A stretch of DNA of 64,000 nt, from positions 512 to 64,511 of the forward strand of contig JBHHUM010000002.1 in NCBI GenBank assembly GCA_046861645.1, read 5' to 3'. This DNA comes from Fidelibacterota bacterium (lineage in GTDB: Bacteria > Fidelibacterota > Marinisomatia > Marinisomatales > UBA2128). This document shows, in pieces, positions 37,704-46,874 of the stretch (its first letter is position 1; every line of letters starts with the position of its first letter). A program made the position numbers and the translations under genes. The notes below the pieces were generated by a model. That model made no database searches. It had not been told where the DNA came from and saw only the letters and a program-made list of their open reading frames with translations.

Positions 37704-38666
37704 ATGAGTAACATTCAGGATGTAACGACTTGGCCAGCTTTTCTGAGAGTCCATGAATCTGGACTGTTAAAAGAGAAAGTTCGGAAAGCCCGGGACATGT
37801 TGGCCCAATGCCAGGTATGTCCTCGAGAATGTGGGATCGATCGGTTAGAGGATAAGCGGGCAGTTTGCAAAAGTGGGCGCAAGGCGATAGTCCATAGTTA
37901 CTTTCCTCACTTCGGTGAAGAGGACTGTCTGCGGGGGTGGAACGGTTCCGGAACAATATTTTTCGATCATTGCAACCTTAGGTGTGTTTTTTGTCAAAAC
38001 CACGAAATCAGTCAACCTGTATCCATGAAAGCGGGGGGGCGAGAGGTAGACGCTGATGATCTCGCGAACATGATGATAGCTCTACAGGACAGAGGTTGTC
38101 ACAACATCAATTTAGTGACGCCCGAGCACGTTGTTCCTCAAATAGTGGAAGCCCTGCCAATAGCTATAGAAAAAGGGCTCCATATACCTCTGGTTTATAA
38201 TACGAGTGCTTTTGACTCACCGGAGAGTATAGCATTGATGGGAGGGTTAGTGGATATTTATATGCCGGATTTTAAGTTCTGGGATAAGGAGTTATCTCGT
38301 CGCTATCTCCGGGAAGAGAAATATCCTGAAACGGCAAAAAGCTCTATCAGGGAGATGCATCGACAAGTGGGTGATCTTTTGATCGATGATTACGGGTTAG
38401 CAGTACGGGGCGTGTTAGTAAGGTACTTGGTCATGCCGGGTATGGGTACTGACGCGAGGAATATCTTTTCTTTTCTGGCAGAAGAAATTTCACCAGACAC
38501 GTACATTAATATAATGGCCCAATACCATCCTGCTTTTAAAGTCAGTGACCGTCGCTTTAGTGAACTTAATCGTACAGTTACACAAGCAGAAATGGAGGAA
38601 TTATATATCTATGCAAGAAAGAAAGGACTCCATCGCTTTGACAGAAGATTTTCTGGGTTTGTATAA
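37704..38666 (+). CDS. radical SAM protein, PflX-like (activase-like family)
   Basis: CNLRCVFCQNHEIS cluster. Start moved to ATG 37704 (MSNIQD) to remove the overlap with the methyltransferase. Confidence 0.8.
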   Translation: MSNIQDVTTWPAFLRVHESGLLKEKVRKARDMLAQCQVCPRECGIDRLEDKRAVCKSGRKAIVHSYFPHFGEEDCLRGWNGSGTIFFDHCNLRCVFCQNHEISQPVSMKAGGREVDADDLANMMIALQDRGCHNINLVTPEHVVPQIVEALPIAIEKGLHIPLVYNTSAFDSPESIALMGGLVDIYMPDFKFWDKELSRRYLREEKYPETAKSSIREMHRQVGDLLIDDYGLAVRGVLVRYLVMPGMGTDARNIFSFLAEEISPDTYINIMAQYHPAFKVSDRRFSELNRTVTQAEMEELYIYARKKGLHRFDRRFSGFV

Positions 38667-38723
38667 GTGCAGTATTATTTAAAGGTGACAGGTTGGTTAC
38701 TCAGGTAATAATTATAGGATCAG

Positions 38724-38796
<73 letters not shown>

Positions 38797-38933
38797 CGTT
38801 GCAAATATCGCTACAGAAATACTGCTGGGTGTACAAACTCTTCTAAATCCCCAATCGGAATTAGATAGGAAACCGTGTATTGGTTGTTAGTGAAATTAAC
38901 CTGGTTAACTATTGAGTTCCACGAATAAAAAAG

Positions 38934-40472
38934 TTACACTTGATCGACAACTTTGCTGGTGACATCTTCACCAGACTTTTTAGATATGAAGCGGAATTCA
39001 TCGGGTCCTAAACCTTCATCAGCTTCAATACCAATGTGGACAAAGTTCTTCCACATGAAGTTTCGAATCACCTTTTTCTTTGAATTACTTAAATAGTGCT
39101 CCATTGAAGGATGAACGATCAGTTTCAACCTGATGTCTCTATTGGTTCTACGGAAAGTACGCAGCCAGTTGTCTATTCTGCTGATCACTGTATCTTTAGA
39201 AGCAATCCGTCCACTGCCGTGGCAGGTAGGACATTCCTCACTGAGTGAGTGCAAAAGAGAAAGTCGGATTCTCTGTCGGGTCATTTCCAGTAAACCAAAG
39301 TCGCTGATTGGAGATACAGCCACTTTAGCATGATCTTTGCGGAGTTCGCGTCGGAGTTCGTGGAAAACCCTTTTTTTATTACCACTCTGCTGCATATCGA
39401 TAAAGTCTATCACGATCAAACCACCGATATCTCTAAGGCGCAGTTGACGGGCGGCTTCCCGGGCAGCCTCGAGATTAATTTTCAGGGAGTTTTCTTCATG
39501 AGCACGTTTACCAACAAAGCGGCCACTGTTAACATCAATCACTACCATTGCTTCGGTGTGTTCAATGATTAAATAGGCACCACTTTTCAACCACACACGT
39601 CGCCGCATGGATTTTTCAATTTCTTTCTCTATTCCCTCTTTAATGAAAAGAGGTAACCGATCCTTATGGAGTTCCAGGCGGGAAACCATTGAAGGTGAGA
39701 TGTTTTGTAGATGATGTTGAAGACGCCGGTAGAGTTTACGGGAGTCAAAAACTACTTTATCAACATCTGAGGTCAATAAATCCCGAATTACTGTAGAGAC
39801 CGTTTCCAAATCTTCGTGAACCAGGGTAGGTGAAGGTAGACTGTCAGCTTTAGCCTGTAGAGATTTCCAGTTCTTAAGTAAGGAATCCAGGTCTTTTTTC
39901 AGGAGGCGATCGCTTTTCCCTTCAGCCTCGGTGCGGGCTATGACTCCAACGTTCTTTGGGATTAAATTGCGTATCGATTTCCTCAGCCGACGTTTTTCAT
40001 ACTTATCCCATATTTTCTTGGAGATGCCCACAAAATCAGCATTCGGTACCAGAACTACTAAGTGCCCAGGAATTGCTAAATTGGTAGTAACTCTTGGTCC
40101 TTTGCCTGAAAAGGGTTCCTTGATAACCTGTACCAGAATATCCTGACCAGTGCGGAGATCTACTTGAATCTCTTTTATGGCTACACCATTTTTTCTCCCC
40201 TCCTCGTCTTCTTCATCAGATGTTGTTGCGTCGCGAAGAAGTTCCGGATTACTGATTTCTGAAAAAGGGAGGAAAGCGTTGATATCATAGCCGATATCGA
40301 CAAAAGCGGCCTGCATGCCGGGGATTACATTTTCGACCTTACCTTTGTAAATATTTCCTACTAAGCTTTCCTGGTCAGGTTTCTCAACGTAAATCTCCAC
40401 CAATTTCCCGTCTTCTTTTATGGCGATACGACGCTCACTGGCAGTTTCGCTTACAAAGACTTCCTTGCTCAT
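38934..40472 (-). CDS. rng: ribonuclease G/E family endoribonuclease
   Basis: 512 aa. N-terminal S1 domain (GNIYKGKVENVIPGMQAAFVDIG), DNase-I-like core (VIDVNSG), Zn-link CPTCHGSG. Confidence 0.88.
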   Translation of the reverse strand: MSKEVFVSETASERRIAIKEDGKLVEIYVEKPDQESLVGNIYKGKVENVIPGMQAAFVDIGYDINAFLPFSEISNPELLRDATTSDEEDEEGRKNGVAIKEIQVDLRTGQDILVQVIKEPFSGKGPRVTTNLAIPGHLVVLVPNADFVGISKKIWDKYEKRRLRKSIRNLIPKNVGVIARTEAEGKSDRLLKKDLDSLLKNWKSLQAKADSLPSPTLVHEDLETVSTVIRDLLTSDVDKVVFDSRKLYRRLQHHLQNISPSMVSRLELHKDRLPLFIKEGIEKEIEKSMRRRVWLKSGAYLIIEHTEAMVVIDVNSGRFVGKRAHEENSLKINLEAAREAARQLRLRDIGGLIVIDFIDMQQSGNKKRVFHELRRELRKDHAKVAVSPISDFGLLEMTRQRIRLSLLHSLSEECPTCHGSGRIASKDTVISRIDNWLRTFRRTNRDIRLKLIVHPSMEHYLSNSKKKVIRNFMWKNFVHIGIEADEGLGPDEFRFISKKSGEDVTSKVVDQV

Positions 40473-40872
40473 AAAGAAATTACTCCTTCATATTTCATGT
40501 ATCTAAGGCGCAATAATAGCATTGCGCCATTGTGTGGTACGAGCGCACTCAGCCGTAAAGGATAGGTCTACTCCGGCAAGTTATGTATGCTCGTTTTTCC
40601 ACGGCGTTGCTTCTCGGTAACGCCAATCTGACGGCTATTTTACGTCAGTCAGTTGGGAAGGATGTGAGGGAGGAGTATGGGGAAAAATTTTCTCTGTTTC
40701 TTGAGTAACTGTAGAAATTTCAATTCTTATTGAAAACTATTTTCTTAAAACCTTCCTTTAAATCCTTCCGAAGCCAAAACTACATTTAATCTTCCATCTT
40801 CCAAAGTTTTTTATCATCCATTACTTCAAATAAATTTGTTTCGCTTATACTTTAAATAGGCTTAAACTTCCC

Positions 40873-40924
40873 TGTCGTGATTTGAGCCCTATTGCCGCGA
40901 CATAAAATAATGGTGCTAAAAAGG
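40873..40924 (+). promoter_or_regulatory. candidate H-type pseudoknot aptamer in the metH leader (SAM-II/SAM-V-like features)
   Basis: Stem TGTCGTG (40873..79) / CGCGACA (40896..902). The loop begins ATTTGAGCCC. The 3' tail GGTGCTAAAAAGG can pair GG(U)GCU with loop AGCCC. Confidence 0.3.
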
Positions 40925-40929
40925 TTTTC

Positions 40930-40953
40930 AAGCCGGGATGCACCGGCTTTTTT
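40930..40953 (+). terminator. intrinsic-terminator-like hairpin 4 nt upstream of the metH ATG
   Basis: AAGCCGG-gatgca-CCGGCTT followed by a T-run. It has a U-tract only in the plus orientation, and no plus-strand gene lies upstream. Confidence 0.55.
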
Positions 40954-40956
40954 GTT

Positions 40957-43900
40957 ATGCAAACGATCGAGGAATTACTCGCTGATAGAATCTTAATCAT
41001 GGATGGTGCCATGGGGACCATGATACAGTCTTTCCGGTTAGAAGAGTCTGATTTCCGTGGGAAACGTTTCCATGAACACAGCCGTGACCTGAAGGGGAAT
41101 AATGATATTCTTAATCTCACTCAACCCAGGGTTATTGCGGATATACATCTATCATATCTCAAGGCCGGAGCGGATGTAATCGAAACGAATACATTCAACG
41201 CCAACGCCATTTCTCAGCTGGATTATGGACTGGAAGACTGGGTGTATGAAATGAACTTGCATGCAGCACGAATAGCCCAGCAAAGTATAGTAAAGTACCA
41301 TACTGAAAACGGGTCAAAACCTTTATTTGTAGCAGGGGCTTTAGGCCCTACCAATAAGACGGCTTCCATGTCTCCAAATGTCAGTGATCCCGGTTTTCGA
41401 AACGTCACCTTTGATGAACTGAAGTATGCTTACCGTGAGCAAGCCCGGGGACTACTGGATGGAGGAGTTGATATTCTCCTCGTAGAGACAGTATTTGATA
41501 CCCTTAACTGTAAAGCGGCTCTTTTTGCTATTCGTCAGCTACTGGAAGACCGCAACGAGGATATTCCTATAATGGTTTCCTGTACGATCACTGATGCAAG
41601 TGGCCGTACTCTATCCGGTCAAACCGTGGAGGCGTTCTGGCATTCAGTCAGACACGGAGATTTGCTTGCAGTAGGTTTGAATTGTGCCCTGGGTGCGGAG
41701 CAGATACGTCCTTATCTGGATGCCCTATCTTCTGCGGCAGATATTTATACTTTCGTTTACCCCAATGCTGGTCTCCCCAATGAGCTGGGGGAATATATTG
41801 AACCTCCCGAACGGATGGCCGCTGTCATGGAGGAATTTGCCAGGAGTGGATTGATAAATCTGGTGGGTGGCTGTTGTGGAACCACCCCGGATCATGTCAG
41901 GGCCCTGGCTAAGATTGTTAATAACGTACAGCCCCGGAAAATCCCTGAGTTAAAAGCGTACACTCGTCTCAGTGGTCTCGAACCAGTTACTATTCGACGT
42001 GACAGCAATTTTGTGAACATTGGAGAGCGTACCAACGTTGCTGGTTCAGCGCAATTTAGAAGGTTGGTGTCAGAAGGTGACTTCGAAAAGGCTTTAAGTG
42101 TAGCTCGTCAGCAGATCGAGAATGGAGCTCAGATTATCGATATTAATATGGACGAAGGTCTTCTCGACTCCGAGAATGCCATGGAAACTTTCCTACGGCT
42201 TATTGCTGTCGAACCGGACATAGCCAGGGTACCAGTTATGCTGGATTCCTCTAAATGGTCTGTCTTGGAAACAGGATTAAAAAACCTGCAGGGCAAGGGT
42301 ATCGTTAATTCTATCTCCCTAAAAGAGGGTGAGGAAATTTTTGTTCGTCAAGCAAAACTGGTCAGACGTTATGGTGCTGCTGTTGTTGTTATGGCTTTCG
42401 ATGAGCAGGGTCAAGCGGATACTTATGAACGGAAGGTACAAATTAGTAAGCGTGCTTATCATATCTTAACTGTGAATATTGGCTTCCCACCAGAAGATAT
42501 TATTTTTGATCCCAATGTATTTGCAGTGGCTACTGGAATGAAAGAGCATAATGAGTATGCTCATGATTTTATTAAAGCTACTCGAACGATTAAAGAGACT
42601 CTACCTGGAGTCCATGTGAGTGGGGGGGTGAGTAATCTCTCCTTTTCTTTTCGGGGAAACAATACTCTCCGTGAAGCGATGCACTCCTGCTTCCTGTTTC
42701 ACGCAATTCAGGCTGGGATGGATATGGGAATAGTGAATGCCGGGCAATTGGCTGTATACGACGATATCGACCCTGAATTAAAGCAAAGGATTGAGGATGT
42801 TCTTTTCAATCGCCGGGAGGATGCAACTGAACGGCTGCTGGATATTGCAAAACATTACCATGGGATTGTAAGGAAAAAGGTAACTGACTTGGCTTGGCGT
42901 GACCTACCTCTCAGGGAGCGGCTGCAACATGCCCTGGTTGAAGGGATTGCCGATTTTATTGAGGTTGATACGGAAGAAGCACGACAGGAATATGATCAAC
43001 CTATTGAGGTCATTGAGGGTCCCCTGATGGACGGGATGAATACTGTGGGAGATTTATTCGGTTCTGGGAAAATGTTTTTACCACAGGTAATCAAATCAGC
43101 TCGGGTGATGAAAAAGGCGGTAGCACACTTGGTACCATATATCGAAGAAGGTCGGAAAAGAGATGGGTATGCAAATTCGTCAAAAGGTACTATCGTTCTT
43201 GCTACGGTTAAAGGTGATGTTCACGATATTGGGAAGAATATTGTGGGCGTGGTATTGGGGTGTAATGGATATAATGTCATAGATCTGGGTGTGATGGTTC
43301 CGGCAGATAAAATCCTGAGCACTGCTAAGAAAGAACAGGCCGACTTTGTGGGCCTTTCGGGATTGATCACACCCAGCCTGGATGAGATGATACATGTAGC
43401 TCAGGAAATGGAACGGGAAAGATTGACTATTCCCCTGTTAATTGGTGGGGCAACTACGAGTCGCAAGCATACGGCGGTGAAAATTCAAGAAAGCTACTCA
43501 GGTGCTACAGTGCATGTAACTGATGCATCACGTGCCGTTGGGGTTGTGTCAACTCTGTTGAACAAAGAGAAAGGTGAAGAGTTATTAACTGCTTTACGGA
43601 AAGATTATGATCAAATACGATTATCTCATCATTCTCGCTCCAGAGGACAAACACAACTTTCCTTGGAGGAAGCCAGAAATAGGAAATTGAAAATTGCTTG
43701 GGATAATTATGAACCACCTGTTCCTAAAATGAAAGGGATCAAAGTATTTAAGGAATATCCCCTTCAGGAATTGGAAAAATATATTGATTGGACACCTTTT
43801 TTCCGAGCTTGGGAATTGAAGGGTAAGTATCCCTCTATTCTTGAGGACAAATTAATTGGAAAGGAAGCCAAAAAACTATTCAATGATGCCATCGAACTGC

Positions 43901-44640
43901 TTCACCATATAATTGATAAAGAATTGTTGACAGCTCAGGCAATATTTGGATTGTTTCCAGCAAATGCAGTAGGTGACGATATCGAGATGTATACCACAGA
44001 AGACCGGGTTGATGTATTAGCAGTAATTCATGGCCTACGACAGCAGTTTAAAAAGCCTGCCGGTCGCCCAAATCTCTGTTTATCTGATTTTATAGCCCCC
44101 AAAACTTCAGGTATCTCTGATTGGATTGGAGCATTTGTGGTAACTGCGGGAGTGGGGGTTTCAGAGCTTTGCAGGGATTTTGAAGAGGAGCATGATGATT
44201 ATAACAGTATCATGACGAAAGCTTTAGCCGATCGATTGGCAGAAGCGTTTGCTGAGCGTTTACATGAGCGGGTACGGCAAGAATTTTGGGGATACTCACC
44301 TGATGAAAGGATTTCTAATCGGGATTTGATCCGTGAAAAATACCTTGGTATTCGTCCTGCTCCGGGATATCCTGCCTGTCCGGATCACACTACAAAACAG
44401 GTGTTATTTAACCTTCTTGATGTTGAGTACAGATGTAATATCCGTCTTACTGAGAAATATGCCATGAGTCCTGCAGCTTCTGTTTCTGGATGGTATTTTT
44501 CTCATCCTGCAGCGTCTTATTTTGGATTAGGAAAAATTGGTAAAGATCAGGTTACAGATTATGCAATAAGAAGAAATATGAAAAGGGAAGTAGTGGAACA
44601 ATGGTTGTTGTCGAACCTTAATTATGATCCTGTTTTGTAG
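40957..44640 (+). CDS. metH: cobalamin-dependent methionine synthase
   Basis: 1227 aa. Hcy-binding ([13 protein letters not shown]...GGCCGTTP), pterin-binding, B12-binding ([11 protein letters not shown]) and AdoMet activation domains, all collinear. Confidence 0.95.
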   Translation: MQTIEELLADRILIMDGAMGTMIQSFRLEESDFRGKRFHEHSRDLKGNNDILNLTQPRVIADIHLSYLKAGADVIETNTFNANAISQLDYGLEDWVYEMNLHAARIAQQSIVKYHTENGSKPLFVAGALGPTNKTASMSPNVSDPGFRNVTFDELKYAYREQARGLLDGGVDILLVETVFDTLNCKAALFAIRQLLEDRNEDIPIMVSCTITDASGRTLSGQTVEAFWHSVRHGDLLAVGLNCALGAEQIRPYLDALSSAADIYTFVYPNAGLPNELGEYIEPPERMAAVMEEFARSGLINLVGGCCGTTPDHVRALAKIVNNVQPRKIPELKAYTRLSGLEPVTIRRDSNFVNIGERTNVAGSAQFRRLVSEGDFEKALSVARQQIENGAQIIDINMDEGLLDSENAMETFLRLIAVEPDIARVPVMLDSSKWSVLETGLKNLQGKGIVNSISLKEGEEIFVRQAKLVRRYGAAVVVMAFDEQGQADTYERKVQISKRAYHILTVNIGFPPEDIIFDPNVFAVATGMKEHNEYAHDFIKATRTIKETLPGVHVSGGVSNLSFSFRGNNTLREAMHSCFLFHAIQAGMDMGIVNAGQLAVYDDIDPELKQRIEDVLFNRREDATERLLDIAKHYHGIVRKKVTDLAWRDLPLRERLQHALVEGIADFIEVDTEEARQEYDQPIEVIEGPLMDGMNTVGDLFGSGKMFLPQVIKSARVMKKAVAHLVPYIEEGRKRDGYANSSKGTIVLATVKGDVHDIGKNIVGVVLGCNGYNVIDLGVMVPADKILSTAKKEQADFVGLSGLITPSLDEMIHVAQEMERERLTIPLLIGGATTSRKHTAVKIQESYSGATVHVTDASRAVGVVSTLLNKEKGEELLTALRKDYDQIRLSHHSRSRGQTQLSLEEARNRKLKIAWDNYEPPVPKMKGIKVFKEYPLQELEKYIDWTPFFRAWELKGKYPSILEDKLIGKEAKKLFNDAIELLHHIIDKELLTAQAIFGLFPANAVGDDIEMYTTEDRVDVLAVIHGLRQQFKKPAGRPNLCLSDFIAPKTSGISDWIGAFVVTAGVGVSELCRDFEEEHDDYNSIMTKALADRLAEAFAERLHERVRQEFWGYSPDERISNRDLIREKYLGIRPAPGYPACPDHTTKQVLFNLLDVEYRCNIRLTEKYAMSPAASVSGWYFSHPAASYFGLGKIGKDQVTDYAIRRNMKREVVEQWLLSNLNYDPVL

Positions 44641-44796
44641 AACGAATAGTATCTGCGGTACCATCAAAAGGGTTACCTTAAGGGTAAAGATTACATAAAA
44701 TGTCTTCAGAACAGGGAAATGAGAGTAAGTGTTGTCGTGCCTTGAGAAGATAAAATCACGCTATGATGTGTTTTTGATTAATCAGAAACATAGAGT

Positions 44797-45795
44797 ATGA
44801 AATTCTTTTTCTTTTTTTTAGATGGAGTTGGTTTGGGTGAGGATGATACTGACCGTAATCCATTCGCTCGTGCTAAGATGCCCTATCTTCAAAACTTACT
44901 CGAAGGCTATAAGTTGGTGGCCGACGGTTTGTTATTTAGTGGCAAGGTAAATGAAATGAGTATCTCAGATCAGCGATATGCTACCTTTGAAAATGTGGAA
45001 ATTCCTTCGCCAAAAAGATTTGAAAATGATCGTTGCGCACTACTGGCTTTAGATGCTTGTATGGGGGTAAAAGGAATGCCCCAGTCTGCTACCGGACAAG
45101 CGACTATACTTACCGGTGAAAACATGCCAGCAATGCTAGGTCTTCATCAGGGACCCAAACCTAACGCTAAACTTATTCTTTCTCTACGGAAAGCCAATCT
45201 TATTAAGACGTTGTTAAATGCTGGTCTTGATGTTGCCTTGCTCAATGCCTTTCCACCTGTTTACTTTGATAATGTCAAATCTGGTCAGCATAAACAGGGG
45301 GTTATAGCTTTTGCCGTGAGCAGTGCCGGAGTAAGCTTGAAAACGGTATCGGATCTCGTGGATGAAAAGGCAATTTCAGCAGATTTCACAGGTAGAGGGT
45401 GGCGTGAGCAACTTGACTTTCCAAGTGTACCACAGCTCGATCCTTTTGAGGCTGGACAGAGATTAGGGACTTTGGCCCAGAAGTATGACTTTTCCATATT
45501 TGAATACTGGATGAGTGATTATATTGGTCACCGTTGTAATATGAATACCGCCTGTGCGACGCTGGAAGAGATTGATCAGGTCTTAGGTGGCTTGTTGGAT
45601 GTTTGGGATGATGAAGATGGTATAATATTAATTTCTTCGGATCATGGCAACTTGGAGGACCTGAACACTCGCCATCACACCTATAATTATGTCCCCGCCC
45701 TGGTTATCGGTGCTCCTCATTTGAGCTTACCTTTTTCAGTCATGCTACACAATTTGTCAGATATTGCATCGGCTGTTATACAATTTCTTACTTGA
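44797..45795 (+). CDS. alkaline-phosphatase-superfamily metalloenzyme (iPGM / phosphopentomutase-like)
   Basis: N-terminal FFLDGVGLG and C-terminal ILISSDHGNLED metal-ligand motifs. Confidence 0.6.
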   Translation: MKFFFFFLDGVGLGEDDTDRNPFARAKMPYLQNLLEGYKLVADGLLFSGKVNEMSISDQRYATFENVEIPSPKRFENDRCALLALDACMGVKGMPQSATGQATILTGENMPAMLGLHQGPKPNAKLILSLRKANLIKTLLNAGLDVALLNAFPPVYFDNVKSGQHKQGVIAFAVSSAGVSLKTVSDLVDEKAISADFTGRGWREQLDFPSVPQLDPFEAGQRLGTLAQKYDFSIFEYWMSDYIGHRCNMNTACATLEEIDQVLGGLLDVWDDEDGIILISSDHGNLEDLNTRHHTYNYVPALVIGAPHLSLPFSVMLHNLSDIASAVIQFLT

Positions 45796-45892
45796 TTATC
45801 GTCCTAATTAGGGCGGTCCTATTTTTTTACTTCTTAGCCGATGGACTGCAGCATTAGAAAAAACACTTGACAGGGTAAAAGTATATTAATTA

Positions 45893-45915
45893 ACTTTGTA
45901 ACACAAAGTACTTTG
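45893..45915. promoter_or_regulatory. overlapping palindromes (three ACTTTG half-sites): candidate operator of the HTH_34 regulator
   Basis: ACTTTGT-aac-ACAAAGT (45893..45909) overlaps the perfect 12-bp palindrome CAAAGTACTTTG (45904..45915). It lies between TTGACA (45867) / TAACTTTG (45891) and the AGGAGG RBS. Confidence 0.45.
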
Positions 45916-45930
45916 AAATTAGGAGGAAAG

Positions 45931-46545
45931 ATGAAAGCTGAAAAAATATTAGATACAACAGATAAAAACTCTTTACCAGAACAGGAACTAGAAATAATTA
46001 AAAGGATGATTGAAAGAACTAGGTTAGAGACCGCTGATTCCGGTACCATCCTGATCATGTGGGGGTGGCTGGTTCTTTTAGCCTGTACAATTACTTACAT
46101 ATTTGTTTTTGTGGACTATCCTGAGCTGTCGTGGCTACCCTGGGTTATATTGATGCCGATCGGAGGTGTTGTAACAATCTTTTACAGTATCAGGCTGGAT
46201 AGGGAGGCCAAAGTTGTAACATATTCTGATCAGGCAATGACAAGTTTGTGGCAGGCCTGTGGTCTGGCCTTTTTTCTGGTGGCATTTTTAGCCGTTCCTC
46301 TAAAAGTCATTTCTTATGAGGGGCTGACACCAATGATTGCCATTATAGCTGGGATAGGGATGTTCAGCACGGGTGGCATTATTGAATGGAAGATGGCTCG
46401 CTGGAGCGGCTTCATCTGGTTAATTGGTGCAATAGTTATGATGTTTTCCCACTGGTATTACCATACTCTCATCTTAGGTATTACTATCATACCGGGGTAT
46501 CTTATTCCTGGATATGCCTTAAAAAAGGAATTTCAGAATAAATAA
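45931..46545 (+). CDS. polytopic membrane protein
   Basis: Start moved to ATG 45931 behind AGGAGG. Five or six predicted TM helices. Abuts the regulator gene with no gap. Confidence 0.6.
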   Translation: MKAEKILDTTDKNSLPEQELEIIKRMIERTRLETADSGTILIMWGWLVLLACTITYIFVFVDYPELSWLPWVILMPIGGVVTIFYSIRLDREAKVVTYSDQAMTSLWQACGLAFFLVAFLAVPLKVISYEGLTPMIAIIAGIGMFSTGGIIEWKMARWSGFIWLIGAIVMMFSHWYYHTLILGITIIPGYLIPGYALKKEFQNK

Positions 46546-46842
46546 ATGACCAGATTTGAAGAATTGGATCCATTGATTCATGCACCTATTCGGTTGGCCA
46601 TATTAACAATATTAATCTCAGTAAAAGAGGCTGATTTTACTTACCTGAAAGAGGCTGCAAACACATCCGATGGGAATCTCAGTACTCACTTAACAAAACT
46701 TGAAGAGGCTGGATATATCCAGATAGAAAAAAAGTTTGTAGCAAAGAAACCAAAGACGACTTGCATGATTGCCACGAAAGGGCGTGAAGCTTATTTAAAG
46801 TATATAGAGTCGTTAAAATCATATCTAGGTAGTAATAATTAA
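46546..46842 (+). CDS. winged-helix transcriptional regulator (HTH_34-like)
   Basis: LDPLIHAPIRLAILTIL...FTYLKEAANTSDGNLSTHLTKLEEAGYIQIEKKFVAKKPKT...TKGREAYLKYIESL. Confidence 0.8.
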   Translation: MTRFEELDPLIHAPIRLAILTILISVKEADFTYLKEAANTSDGNLSTHLTKLEEAGYIQIEKKFVAKKPKTTCMIATKGREAYLKYIESLKSYLGSNN

Positions 46843-46874
46843 TCTGGTAACATAAGAAAATCAGGAGAAAAGTA

